This document shows, piece by piece, positions 43,430 to 57,671 of a DNA stretch of 64,000 nucleotides. This DNA comes from Chrysomallon squamiferum (taxonomy: Eukaryota > Animalia > Mollusca): the NCBI GenBank assembly GCA_012295275.1, contig CM022672.1:1-64000 (forward strand), in the 5' to 3' direction. The notes under the pieces were generated by a model. It saw only the letters and a program-made list of their open reading frames with translations. It was not told the origin of the DNA and did no database searches. Made by a program: the position numbers and the translations under genes. The stretch's first letter is position 1. Each line of letters opens with the position of its first letter.

Positions 43430-43972
43430 ACAAACAAACAAAGAAGTAAACAAAGAACGAAATAAACAAATAAACAAATGAACCCCAACCCCAACCCCAA
43501 ACCCCAACCCCAACCCCCCTAACCCTAACCCTAACCCTAACCCTAACCCTAACCCTAACCCCAACCCCTACCGCAACCCCTACACCGACACCAACACCAA
43601 CCCCAACCCTAACCATGACCCTAACCCTAACCCTGGTATTTCTAAAAGGACATTTACTGAAAGTTTGAATTTCTACTGTGTCGTGTAAAAGCAACTCGAT
43701 ATGAACGGGTACTCAAAGGCTATGAAAACAAGCGAAGCGATAGCTTATATTATTTATACTGGCCTGTACGATCTTCTTATAGTCATGACTTTCAGACAGT
43801 CTGGTGCGACAAAACATTCATTGAAGATATGGATAAACAGTTTAAATCTACAGAAAACAAAATAATATTAAGATAATGAAAGAACAGTTGTATGTTGTTT
43901 CCAAAGGCTCGCTTTAGTTTTACATATGTTGTGTTAATGTGGGAAACACGATATGTATTCTCATTGTCTCAG

Positions 43973-44029
<57 letters not shown>

Positions 44030-44580
44030 ATGGAAGGAATAATTATAGTGAGATGTAATTATAAATACTGCTGTGTGTGGTGTATTAGGGGAGGTTTGTG
44101 ATTTACAGGGTTTGTGACTTCCTGCTACCCTAGTTTATACACAAATCCCGGTTAGTCAAAGAATCGTTTTCCCTGAGTGCACTCTGAGTGTGTGTGTTTG
44201 TGTGTACAGACACGGACATATACATATACACATACATATACATATACTATTACTCAATGTGTGCAGAAAAGTAACACACAAATAAATAAGTAAATAACAA
44301 AAAGTAAATAATAATACCTGACACATTTATTTCTATATCTTTGTAATTCACTTGTTTACATTTTAAACACAAATTAAATACAAAAATAAACGAAGTGAAA
44401 ATTCATAATAAAAAATACAAATTTATTTATCTGTTTTTCGTTTATTTATATCTCATGCATAAATAAATAAAGAGTTCCTAGTCTTAGTAAAAGAAAATGG
44501 ATAAATAAATAAGTTCTTATTTTCATGTCTAACAAACAGGATATACAGACATAATTTATCTACATATTATGTTTCATGTA

Positions 44581-44619
<39 letters not shown>

Positions 44620-44817
44620 AAAAATGCATAAATAAATAAGTAAATAAATAAATAAACAATAACAGTAATAACAATAATCAAGAAATGAGATGTTTAAATA
44701 CATTATGCACGTGTTTCACAGAAATGAGTCAGTTAGAAATCAAAAATTTCAAATCGAGTGTGAATGACGTCATTACTGTTGGCTGACGTCATCAAAAATA
44801 CAAAACGTAAAACGACA

Positions 44818-44868
<51 letters not shown>

Positions 44869-45414
44869 AAAAAAAAAACAAACAAACAAAGTAAACAAAG
44901 AACAAAAATAAACAAATAAACAAATGAAAACCCCAAACCCTACCGCAACCCCTAACCCTAACCCTAACCCTAACCCTAACCCTAACCCTAACCCTAACCC
45001 TAACCCCAACCCCTACCGCAACCCCTACACCGACACCAACACCAACCCCAACCCTAACCATGACCCTAACCCTAACCCTGGTATTTCTAAAAGGACATTT
45101 ACTGAAAGTTTGAATTTCTACTGTGTCGTGTAAAAGCAACTCGATATGAACGGGTACTCAAAGGCTATGAAAACAAGCGAAGCGATAGCTTATATTATTT
45201 ATACTGGCCTGTACGATCTTCTTATAGTCATGACTTTCAGACAGTCTGGTGCGACAAAACATTCATTGAAGATATGGATAAACAGTTTAAATCTACAGAA
45301 AACAAAATAATATTAAGATAATGAAAGAACAGTTGTATGTTGTTTCCAAAGGCTCGCTTTAGTTTTACATATGTTGTGTTAATGTGGGAAACACGATATG
45401 TATTCTCATTGTAG

Positions 45415-45467
<53 letters not shown>

Positions 45468-46245
45468 ATGGAAGGAATAATTATAGTGAGATGTAATTAT
45501 AAATACTGCTGTGTGTGGTGTATTAGGGGAGGTTTGTGATTTACAGGGTTTGTGACTTCCTGCTACCCTAGTTTATACACAAATCCCGGTTAGTCAAAGA
45601 ATCGTTTTCCCTGAGTGCACTCTGAGTGTGTGTGTTTGTGTGTACAGACACGGACATATACATATACACATACATATACATATACTATTACTCAATGTGT
45701 GCAGAAAAGTAACACACAAATAAATAAATAAATAATAAAAAAGTAAATAATAATACCTGACACATTTATTTCTATATCTTTGTAATTCACTTGTTTACAT
45801 TTTAAACACAAATTAAATACAAAAATAAACGAAGTGAAAATTCATAATAAAAAATACAAATTTATTTATCTGTTTTTCGTTTATTTATATCTCATGCATA
45901 AATAAATAAAGAGTTCCTAGTCTTAGTAAAAGAAAATGGATAAATAAATAAGTTCTTATTTTCATGTCTAACAAACAGGATATACAGACATAATTTATCT
46001 ACATATTATGTTTCATGTACAAAAAAAAAAAAAAAAATAAAAAAATAAAAAATGCATAAATAAATAAGTAAATAAATAAATAAACAATAACAGTAATAAC
46101 AATAATCAAGAAATGAGATGTTTAAATACATTATGCACGTGTTTCACAGAAATGAGTCAGTTAGAAATCAAAAATTTCAAATCGAGTGTGAATGACGTCA
46201 TTACTGTTGGCTGACGTCATCAAAAATACAAAACGTAAAACGACA

Positions 46246-46296
<51 letters not shown>

Positions 46297-46885
46297 AGAA
46301 ATAAACAAAAACAAACAAAGAAGTAAACAAAAACGAAATAAATAAAACAAATAAACAAATGAACCCCAACCCCCCCAACCCCAACCCCCTAACCCTAACC
46401 CCCCCTAACCCTAACCCTAACCCTAACCCTAACCCTAACCCTAACCCTAACCCTAACCCTAACCCTAACCCTAACCCCAACCCCTACCGCAACCCCTACA
46501 CCGACACCAACACCAACCCCAACCCTAACCATGACCCTAACCCTAACCCTGGTATTTCTAAAAGGACATTTACTGAAAGTTTGAATTTCTACTGTGTCGT
46601 GTAAAAGCAACTCGATATGAACGGGTACTCAAAGGCTATGAAAACAAGCGAAGCGATAGCTTATATTATTTATACTGGCCTGTACGATCTTCTTATAGTC
46701 ATGACTTTCAGACAGTCTGGTGCGACAAAACATTCATTGAAGATATGGATAAACAGTTTAAATCTACAGAAAACAAAATAATATTAAGATAATGAAAGAA
46801 CAGTTGTATGTTGTTTCCAAAGGCTCGCTTTAGTTTTACATATGTTGTGTTAATGTGGGAAACACGATATGTATTCTCATTGTAG

Positions 46886-46944
<59 letters not shown>

Positions 46945-47496
46945 ATGGAAGGAATAATTATAGTGAGATGTAATTATAAATACTGCTGTGTGTGGTGTAT
47001 TAGGGGAGGTTTGTGATTTACAGGGTTTGTGACTTCCTGCTACCCCTAGTTTATACACAAATCCCGGTTAGTCAAAGAATCGTTTTCCCTGAGTGCACTC
47101 TGAGTGTGTGTGTTTGTGTGTACAGACACGGACATATACATATACACATACATATACATATACTATTACTCAATGTGTGCAGAAAAGTAACACACAAATA
47201 AATAAGTAAATAACAAAAAGTAAATAATAATACCTGACACATTTATTTCTATATCTTTGTAATTCACTTGTTTACATTTTAAACACAAATTAAATACAAA
47301 AATAAACGAAGTGAAAATTCATAATAAAAAATACAAATTTATTTATCTGTTTTTCGTTTATTTATATCTCATGCATAAATAAATAAAGAGTTCCTAGTCT
47401 TAGTAAAAGAAAATGGATAAATAAATAAGTTCTTATTTTCATGTCTAACAAACAGGATATACAGACATAATTTATCTACATATTATGTTTCATGTA

Positions 47497-47537
<41 letters not shown>

Positions 47538-47740
47538 CATAAATAAATAAGTAAATAAATAAATAAACAATAACAGTAATAACAATAATCAAGAAATGAG
47601 ATGTTTAAATACATTATGCACGTGTTTCACAGAAATGAGTCAGTTAGAAATCAAAAATTTCAAATCGAGTGTGAATGACGTCATTACTGTTGGCTGACGT
47701 CATCAAAAATACAAAACGTAAAACGACATAAATAAATAAA

Positions 47741-47777
<37 letters not shown>

Positions 47778-48327
47778 ACAAACAAACAAAGAAGTAAACA
47801 AAGAACGAAATAAACAAATAAACAAATGAACCAAACCCCAAATAAATAACCCTAAAAAAAACCCTAACCCTAACCCTAACCCTAACCCTAACCCTAACCC
47901 TAACCCTAACCCTAACCCCAACCCCTACCGCAACCCCTACACCGACACCAACACCAACCCCAACCCTAACCATGACCCTAACCCTAACCCTGGTATTTCT
48001 AAAAGGACATTTACTGAAAGTTTGAATTTCTACTGTGTCGTGTAAAAGCAACTCGATATGAACGGGTACTCAAAGGCTATGAAAACAAGCGAAGCGATAG
48101 CTTATATTATTTATACTGGCCTGTACGATCTTCTTATAGTCATGATTTTCAGACAGTCTGGTGCGACAAAACATTCATTGAAGATATCGATAAACAGTTT
48201 AAATCTACAGAAAACAAAATAATATTAAGATAATGAAAGAACAGTTGTATGTTGTTTCCAAAGGCTCGTTTTAGTTTTACATATGTTGTGTTAATGTGGG
48301 AAACACGATATGTATTCTCATTGTAGT

Positions 48328-48365
<38 letters not shown>

Positions 48366-49230
48366 ATGGAAGGAATAATTATAGTGAGATGTAATTATAA
48401 ATACTGCTGTGTGTGGTGTATCAGGGGAGGTTTGTGATTTACAGTGTTTGTGACTTCCTGCTACCCTAGTTTATACACAAATCCCGGTTAGTCAAAGAAT
48501 CGTTTTCCCTGAGTGCACTCTGAGTGTGTGTGTTTGTGTGTACAGACACGGACATATACATATACACATACATATACATATACTATTACTCAATGTGTGC
48601 AGAAAAGTAACACACAAATAAATAAGTAAATAACAAAAAGTAAATAATAATACCTGACACATTTATTTCTATATCTTTGTAATTCACTTGTTTACATTTT
48701 AAACACAAATTAAATACAAAAATAAACGAAGTGAAAATTCATAATAAAAAATACAAATTTATTTATCTGTTTTTCGTTTATTTATATCTCATGCATAAAT
48801 AAATAAACAAAGAGTTCCTAGTCTTAGTAAAAGAAAATGGATAAATAAATAAGTTCTTATTTTCATGTCTAACAAACAGGATATACAGACATAATTTATC
48901 TACATATTATGTTTCATGTACAAAAATAAAATAAAAAAATAAAAAATAAAAAATGCAGAAATAAATAAGTAAATAAATAAATAAACAATAACAGTAATAA
49001 CAATAATCAAGAAATGAGATGTTTAAATACATTATGCACGTGTTTCACAGAAATGAGTCAGTTAGAAATCAAAAATTTCAAATCGAGTGTGAATGACGTC
49101 ATTACTGTTGGCTGACGTCATCAGAAATACAAAACGTAAATCGACATAAATAAATAAATAAATAAATAAATAAAGAAACAAACAAACAAAGAAGTAAACA
49201 AAGAACGAAATAAACAAATAAACAAATGAA
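39361..49230. repeat. Subtelomeric tandem array A: 7 units of ~1.41-1.47 kb separated by ~150-190 bp telomeric tracts
   Basis: Unit start ctggtattt at 39361, 40784, 42227, 43633, 45078, 46549, 47990. Each unit has a unique segment, (CA)n, shared block B with poly-A and (AAAT)n; units 1-6 are followed by (CCCTAA)n plus a fixed variant cassette. Confidence 0.95.
40415..40498. promoter_or_regulatory. Cluster of E-box, AP-1 and two CRE motifs in block B (recurs in each full block B copy)
   Basis: CACGTG 40415-40420, TGAGTCA 40432-40438, TGACGTCA 40472-40479 and 40491-40498. Function not demonstrated. Confidence 0.35.
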
Positions 49231-49315
49231 CAAAATAAATAAATAAATAAAAAAACAAATGAAAATATGAGCCCAGTAATAACTAAACCTGACAGTATTT
49301 GAACGATGGTCTTTT

Positions 49316-49871
49316 TTACACCCAAAATTCCAAAGCAGGTATTTGTCCGTTTGTCACATCTGTACTAAGTTTCCTCTTACTGAATTTAGATTTGTGTGAG
49401 TAAGAAAATCTACAAACAAAAGAGTCTACAACAATTTCTGATTCTCCTTTACCTCCACGCCATGTGTCTCCCTCAGTGTTAACAAACAAGCTGTACTCAG
49501 TGTCTTTAGTAATCTTCAGTGGACGTCTGAACACGACGTGAAACACGCCAGACACGTGTTCATATCTCTGTGTCAGTCTAGACCCGTCCAGTATTTCGTC
49601 CGTTCTTGTGTAGGTGACGAAGGCGCTGACGTCGTAGTTTCGAGGGTCATGTTGACCGTACAACAGAAATCCGCGAAGTAAAGCGTTTTTGTTGAAAGAG
49701 AAAGTAATGGCATCATCTACTTGACCAGAAAATTACAAATATCCATGTTCACCAAATGTGTATTGTAATCTATGGTTTAGGCTTCTCCGCAGTACTCATC
49801 TTTGAGTTGAAAGGTGAAAGATCTTCATCATTGCTCACCCAGTGTTTGAAAATCTTGTTTTCTTCTGTGTC
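49316..49871 (-). pseudogene. 5'-truncated BTB-BACK-PHR (BTBD1/2/3/6-like) fragment, PHR domain, copy 1 (frameshifted near its 5' part)
   Basis: LLYG...FHVVFRRPLKITKDTEYSL...STDVTNGQIPALEFWV* matches the PHR pattern (GFGLYG...F-V-F--PV-I...GQIPELIFY). Confidence 0.75.
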
Positions 49872-50197
49872 TAACCCTAACCCTAACCCTAACGCTAAAC
49901 CCTCAATAACAAAAAGTAAATAATAATACCTGACACATTTATTTCTATATCTTTGTAATTCACCTGTTTACATTTTAAACACAAATTAAATACAAAAATA
50001 AACGAAGTGAAAATTCATAATAAAAAATACAAATTTATTTATCTGTTTTTCGTTTATTTATATCTCATGCATAAATAAATAAACAAAGAGTTCCTAGTCT
50101 TAGTAAAAGAAAATGGATAAATAAATAAGTTCTTATTTTCATGTCTAACAAACAGGATATACAGACATAATTTATCTACATATTATGTTTCATGTAG

Positions 50198-50235
<38 letters not shown>

Positions 50236-50433
50236 AAAAATGCATAAATAAATAAGTAAATAAATAAATAAACAATAACAGTAATAACAATAATCAAGAA
50301 ATGAGATGTTTAAATACATTATGCACGTGTTTCACAGAAATGAGTCAGTTAGAAATCAAAAATTTCAAATCGAGTGTGAATGACGTCATTACTGTTGGCT
50401 GACGTCATCAGAAATACAAAACGTAAAACGACA

Positions 50434-50472
<39 letters not shown>

Positions 50473-50623
50473 ACAAATAAACAAAAAACAAAGAAAGAAA
50501 CAAAAACAAAGAACGAAATAAACAAATAAACAAATGAACAAAATAAATAAATAAATAAAAAAACAAATGAAAATATGAGCCCAGTAATAACTAAACCTGA
50601 CAGTATTTGAACGATGGTCTTTT

Positions 50624-51180
50624 TTACACCCAAAATACCAAAGCAGGTATTTGTCCGTTTGTCACATCTGTACTAAGTTTCCTCTTACTGAATTTAGATT
50701 TGTGTGAGTAAGAAAATCTACAAACAAAAGAGTCTACAACAATTTCTGATTCTCCTTTACCTCCACGCCATGTGTCTCCCTCAGTGTTAACAAACAAGCT
50801 GTACTCAGTGTCTTTAGTAATCTTCAGTGGACGTCTGAACACGACGTGAAACACGCCAGACACGTGTTCATATCTCTGTGTCAGTCTAGACCCGTCCAGT
50901 ATTTCGTCCGTTCTTGTGTAGGTGACGAAGGCGCTGACGTCGTAGTTTTGTGGGTCATGTTGACCGTACAACAGAAATCCGCGAAGTAAAGCGTTTTTGT
51001 TGAAAGAGAAAGTAATGGCATCATCTACTTGACCAGAACATGACAAATATCCATGTTCACCAAATCTGTGTATTGTAATCTATGTTTTAGGTTTCTCAGC
51101 AGTTCTCATCTTTGAGTTGAAAGGTGAAAGATCTTCATCATTGCTCACCCAGTGTTGAAAATCTTGTTTTCTTCTGTGTC
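50624..51180 (-). pseudogene. BTB-BACK-PHR fragment, PHR domain, copy 2
   Basis: IHRFGEHGYLSCSGQVDDAITFSFNKNALLRGFLLYG...GQIPALVFWV*. The track's start is TTG; an in-frame TAG lies upstream. Confidence 0.8.
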
Positions 51181-51501
51181 TAACCCTAACCCTAACCCTA
51201 ACGCTAAACCCTCAATAACAAAAAGTAAATAATAATACCTGACACATTTATTTCTATATCTTTGTAATTCACCTGTTTACATTTTAAACACAAATTAAAT
51301 ACAAAAATAAACGAAGTGAAAATTCATAATAAAAAATACAAATTTATTTATCTGTTTTTCGTTTATTTATATCTCATGCATAAATAAATAAACAAAGAGT
51401 TCCTAGTCTTAGTAAAAGAAAATGGATAAATAAATAAGTTCTTATTTTCATGTCTAACAAACAGGATATACAGACATAATTTATCTACATATTATGTTTC
51501 A

Positions 51502-51541
<40 letters not shown>

Positions 51542-51739
51542 AAAAATGCATAAATAAATAAGTAAATAAATAAATAAACAATAACAGTAATAACAATAAT
51601 CAAGAAATGAGATGTTTAAATACATTATGCACGTGTTTCACAGAAATGAGTCAGTTAGAAATCAAAAATTTCAAATCGAGTGTGAATGACGTCATTACTG
51701 TTGGCTGACGTCATCAGAAATACAAAACGTAAAACGACA

Positions 51740-51786
<47 letters not shown>

Positions 51787-51931
51787 AAAAAAAACAAACA
51801 AACAAAGAAGTAAACAAAGAACGAAATAAACAAATAAACAAATGAACAAAATAAATAAATAAATAAAAAAACAAATGAAAATATGAGCCCAGTAATAACT
51901 AAACCTGACAGTATTTGAACGATGGTCTTTT

Positions 51932-52490
51932 TTACACCCAAAATACCAAAGCAGGTATTTGTCCGTTTGTCACATCTGTACTAAGTTTCCTCTTACTGAA
52001 TTTAGATTTGTGTGAGTAAGAAAATCTACAAACAAAAGAGTCTACAACAATTTCTGATTCTCCTTTACCTCCACGCCATGTGTCTCCCTCAGTGTTAACA
52101 AACAAGCTGTACTCAGTGTCTTTAGTAATCTTCAGTGGACGTCTGAACACGACGTGAAACACGCCAGACACGTGTTCATATCTCTGTGTCAGTCTAGACC
52201 CGTCCAGTATTTTGTCCGTTCTTGTGTAGGTGACGAAGGCGCTGACGTCGTAGTTTTGTGGGTCATGTTGACCGCACAACAGAAATCCGCGAAGTAAAGC
52301 GTTTTTTTGTCTTGAAAGAGAAAGTAATGGCATCATCTACTTGACCAGAACATGACAAATATCCATGTTCACCAAATCTGTGTATTGTAATCTATGTTTT
52401 AGGTTTCTCAGCAGTTCTCATCTTTGAGTTGAAAGGTGAAAGATCTTCATCATTGCTCACCCAGTGTTTGAAAATCTTGTTTTCTTCTGT
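51932..52490 (-). pseudogene. BTB-BACK-PHR fragment, PHR domain, copy 3 (frameshift near 52310)
   Basis: Same sequence with an indel in the FSFNKN region. Confidence 0.75.
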
Positions 52491-52820
52491 CCCTAACCCT
52501 AACCCTAACCCTAACGCTAAACCCTCAATAACAAAAAGTAAATAATAATACCTGACACATTTATTTCTATATCTTTGTAATTCACCTGTTTACATTTTAA
52601 ACACAAATTAAATACAAAAATAAACGAAGTGAAAATTCATAATAAAAAATACAAATTTATTTATCTGTTTTTCGTTTATTTATATCTCATGCATAAATAA
52701 ATAAACAAAGAGTTCCTAGTCTTAGTAAAAGAAAATGGATAAATAAATAAGTTCTTATTTTCATGTCTAACAAACAGGAGGATATACAGACATAATTTAT
52801 CTACATATTATGTTTTCATG

Positions 52821-52868
<48 letters not shown>

Positions 52869-53058
52869 AATAAATAAATAATAAATAAATAAATAAACAA
52901 TAACAGTAATAACAATAATCAAGAAATGAGATGTTTAAATACATTATGCACGTGTTTCACAGAAATGAGTCAGTTAGAAATCAAAAATTTCAAATCGAGT
53001 GTGAATGACGTCATTACTGTTGGCTGACGTCATCAGAAATACAAAACGTAAAACGACA

Positions 53059-53093
<35 letters not shown>

Positions 53094-53236
53094 AAAAAAA
53101 ACAAAAACAAAAAAAAACAAAGAAAACGAAATAAACAAATAAACAAATGAACAAAATAAATAAATAAATAAAAAAACAAATGAAAATATGAGCCCAGTAA
53201 TAACTAAACCTGACAGTATTTGAACGATGGTCTTTT

Positions 53237-53795
53237 TTACACCCAAAATACCAAAGCAGGTATTTGTCCGTTTGTCACATCTGTACTAAGTTTCCTCTTA
53301 CTGAATTTAGATTTGTGTGAGTAAGAAAATCTACAAACAAAAGAGTCTACAACAATTTCTGATTCTCCTTTACCTCCACGCCATGTGTCTCCCTCAGTGT
53401 TAACAAACAAGCTGTACTCAGTGTCTTTAGTAATCTTCAGTGGACGTCTGAACACGACGTGAAACACGCCAGACACGTGTTCATATCTCTGTGTCAGTCT
53501 AGACCCGTCCAGTATTTTGTCCGTTCTTGTGTAGGTGACGAAGGCGCTGACGTCGTAGTTTCGTGGGTCATGTTGACCGTACAACAGAAATCCGCGAAGT
53601 AAAGCGTTTTTGTTGAAAGAGAAAGTAATGGCATCATCTACTTGACCAGAACATGACAAATATCCATGTTCACCAAATCTGTGTATTGTAATCTATGTTT
53701 TTAGGTTTCTCAGCAGTTCTCATCTTTGAGTTGAAAGGTGAAAGATCTTCATCATTGCTCACCCAGTGTTTGAAAATCTTGTTTTCTTCTGTGTC
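53237..53795 (-). pseudogene. BTB-BACK-PHR fragment, PHR domain, copy 4
   Basis: 140-codon open PHR frame as in copy 2. Confidence 0.8.
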
Positions 53796-54113
53796 TAACC
53801 CTAACCCTAACGCTAAACCCTCAATAACAAAAAGTAAATAATAATACCTGACACATTTATTTCTATATCTTTGTAATTCACCTGTTTACATTTTAAACAC
53901 AAATTAAATACAAAAATAAACGAAGTGAAAATTCATAATAAAAAATACAAATTTATTTATCTGTTTTTCGTTTATTTATATCTCATGCATAAATAAATAA
54001 ACAAAGAGTTCCTAGTCTTAGTAAAAGAAAATGGATAAATAAATAAGTTCTTATTTTCATGTCTAACAAACAGGATATACAGACATAATTTATCTACATA
54101 TTATGTTTCATTT

Positions 54114-54153
<40 letters not shown>

Positions 54154-54362
54154 AAAAATGCATAAATAAATAAGTAAATAAATAAATAAACAATAACAGT
54201 AATAACAATAATCAAGAAATGAGATGTTTAAATACATTATGCACGTGTTTCACAGAAATGAGTCAGTTAGAAATCAAAAATTTCAAATCGAGTGTGAATG
54301 ACGTCATTACTGTTGGCTGACGTCATCAGAAATACAAAACGTAAAACGACATAAATAAAAAA

Positions 54363-54393
<31 letters not shown>

Positions 54394-54532
54394 AAAAAAA
54401 AAACAAAGAAGTAAACAAAGAACGAAATAAACAAATAAACAAATGAACAAAATAAATAAATAAATAAAAAAACAAATGAAAATATGAGCCCAGTAATAAC
54501 TAAACCTGACAGTATTTGAACGATGGTCTTTT

Positions 54533-55090
54533 TTACACCCAAAATTCCAAAGCAGGTATTTGTCCGTTTGTCACATCTGTACTAAGTTTCCTCTTACTGA
54601 ATTTAGATTTGTGTGAGTAAGAAAATCTACAAACAAAAGAGTCTACAACAATTTCTGATTCTCCTTTACCTCCACGCCATGTGTCTCCCTCAGTGTTAAC
54701 AAACAAGCTGTACTCAGTGTCTTTAGTAATCTTCAGTGGACGTCTGAACACGACGTGAAACACGCCAGACACGTGTTCATATCTCTGTGTCAGTCTAGAC
54801 CCGTCCAGTATTTTGTCCGTTCTTGTGTAGGTGACGAAGGCGCTGATGTCGTAGTTTTGTGGGTCATGTTGACCGCACAACAGAAATGCGCGAAGTAAAG
54901 CGTTTGTCTTGAAAGAGAAAGTAATGGCATCATCTACTTGACCAGAACATGACAAATATCCATGTTCACCAAATCTGTGTATTGTAATCTATGTTTTAGG
55001 TTTCTCAGCAGTTCTCATCTTTGAGTTGAAAGGTGAAAGATCTTCATCATTGCTCACCCAGTGTTTGAAAATCTTGTTTTCTTCTGTGTC
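54533..55090 (-). pseudogene. BTB-BACK-PHR fragment, PHR domain, copy 5
   Basis: 140-codon open PHR frame; upstream LDTEENKIFKHWVSNDEDLSPFNSKMRTAEKPKT* resembles the BACK-PHR linker. Confidence 0.8.
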
Positions 55091-55408
55091 TAACCCTAAC
55101 CCTAACCCTAACGCTAAACCCTCAATAACAAAAAGTAAATAATAATACCTGACACATTTATTTCTATATCTTTGTAATTCACCTGTTTACATTTTAAACA
55201 CAAATTAAATACAAAAATAAACGAAGTGAAAATTCATAATAAAAAATACAAATTTATTTATCTGTTTTTCGTTTATTTATATCTCATGCATAAATAAATA
55301 AACAAAGAGTTCCTAGTCTTAGTAAAAGAAAATGGATAAATAAATAAGTTCTTATTTTCATGTCTAACAAACAGGATATACAGACATAATTTATCTACAT
55401 ATTATGTT

Positions 55409-55442
<34 letters not shown>

Positions 55443-55640
55443 AAAAATGCATAAATAAATAAGTAAATAAATAAATAAACAATAACAGTAATAACAATAA
55501 TCAAGAAATGAGATGTTTAAATACATTATGCACGTGTTTCACAGAAATGAGTCAGTTAGAAATCAAAAATTTCAAATCGAGTGTGAATGACGTCATTACT
55601 GTTGGCTGACGTCATCAGAAATACAAAACGTAAAACGACA

Positions 55641-55679
<39 letters not shown>

Positions 55680-55823
55680 AAAAAAAAAAACAAACAAAGA
55701 AGTAAACAAAGAACGAAATAAACAAATAAACAAATGAACAAAATAAATAAATAAATAAAAAAACAAATGAAAATATGAGCCCAGTAATAACTAAACCTGA
55801 CAGTATTTGAACGATGGTCTTTT

Positions 55824-56381
55824 TTACACCCAAAATACCAAAGCAGGTATTTGTCCGTTTGTCACATCTGTACTAAGTTTCCTCTTACTGAATTTAGATT
55901 TGTGTGAGTAAGAAAATCTACAAACAAAAGAGTCTACAACAATTTCTGATTCTCCTTTACCTCCACGCCATGTGTCTCCCTCAGTGTTAACAAACAAGCT
56001 GTACTCAGTGTCTTTAGTAATCTTCAGTGGACGTCTGAACACGACGTGAAACACGCCAGACACGTGTTCATATCTCTGTGTCAGTCTAGACCCGTCCAGT
56101 ATTTTGTCCGTTCTTGTGTAGGTGACGAAGGCGCTGACGTCGTAGTTTTGTGGGTCATGTTGACCGTACAACAGAAATCCGCGAAGTAAAGCGTTTGTCT
56201 TGAAAGAGAAAGTAATGGCATCATCTACTTGACCAGAACATGACAAATATCCATGTTCACCAAATCTGTGTATTGTAATCTATGTTTTAGGTTTCTCAGC
56301 AGTTCTCATCTTTGAGTTGAAAGGTGAAAGATCTTCATCATTGCTCACCCAGTGTTTGAAAATCTTGTTTTCTTCTGTGTC
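55824..56381 (-). pseudogene. BTB-BACK-PHR fragment, PHR domain, copy 6
   Basis: 140-codon open PHR frame as above. Confidence 0.8.
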
Positions 56382-56706
56382 TAACCCTAACCCTAACCCT
56401 AACGCTAAACCCTCAATAACAAAAAGTAAATAATAATACCTGACACATTTATTTCTATATCTTTGTAATTCACCTGTTTACATTTTAAACACAAATTAAA
56501 TACAAAAATAAACGAAGTGAAAATTCATAATAAAAAATACAAATTTATTTATCTGTTTTTCGTTTATTTATATCTCATGCATAAATAAATAAACAAAGAG
56601 TTCCTAGTCTTAGTAAAAGAAAATGGATAAATAAATAAGTTCTTATTTTCATGTCTAACAAACAGGATATACAGACATAATTTATCTACATATTATGTTT
56701 CATGTA

Positions 56707-56750
<44 letters not shown>

Positions 56751-56941
56751 AATAAATAAATAAGTAAATAAATAAATAAACAATAACAGTAATAACAATA
56801 ATCAAGAAATGAGATGTTTAAATACATTATGCACGTGTTTCACAGAAATGAGTCAGTTAGAAATAAAAAATTTCAAATCGAGTGTGAATGACGTCATTAC
56901 TGTTGGCTGACGTCATCAGAAATACAAAACGTAAAACGACA

Positions 56942-56976
<35 letters not shown>

Positions 56977-57115
56977 AAAACAAAAAAAAAGAAGTAAACA
57001 AAGAACGAAATAAACAAATAAACAAATGAACAAAATAAATAAATAAATAAAAAAACAAATGAAAATATGAGCCCAGTAATAACTAAACCTGACAGTATTT
57101 GAACGATGGTCTTTT

Positions 57116-57671
57116 TTACACCCAAAATACCAAAGCAGGTATTTGTCCGTTTGTCACATCTGTACTAAGTTTCCTCTTACTGAATTTAGATTTGTGTGAG
57201 TAAGAAAATCTACAAACAAAAGAGTCTACAACAATTTCTGATTCTCCTTTACCTCCACGCCATGTGTCTCCCTCAGTGTTAACAAACAAGCTGTACTCAG
57301 TGTCTTTAGTAATCTTCAGTGGACGTCTGAACACGACGTGAAACACGCCAGACACGTGTTCATATCTCTGTGTCAGTCTAGACCCGTCCAGTATTTCGTC
57401 CGTTCTTGTGTAGGTGACGAAGGCGCTGACGTCGTAGTTTTGTGGGTCATTTTGACCGTACAACAGAAATCCGCGAAGTAAAGCGTTTGTCTTGAAAGAG
57501 AAAGTAATGGCATCATCTACTTGACCAGAAAATGACAAATATCCATGTTCACCAAATGTGTATTGTAATCTATGTTTTAGGCTTCTCCGCAGTACTCATC
57601 TTTGAGTTGAAAGGTGAAAGATCTTCATCATTGCTCACCCAGTGTTTGAAAATCTTGTTTTCTTCTGTGTC
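57116..57671 (-). pseudogene. BTB-BACK-PHR fragment, PHR domain, copy 7
   Basis: 140-codon open PHR frame; shares a 2-bp upstream deletion and flanking variants with copy 1. Confidence 0.8.

Noticed and set aside
39520-57125. Recurring CVCVCV, YLFIYLFI and VRVRVR ORFs
   Set aside because: Translations of (CA)n, (AAAT)n and telomeric repeats.
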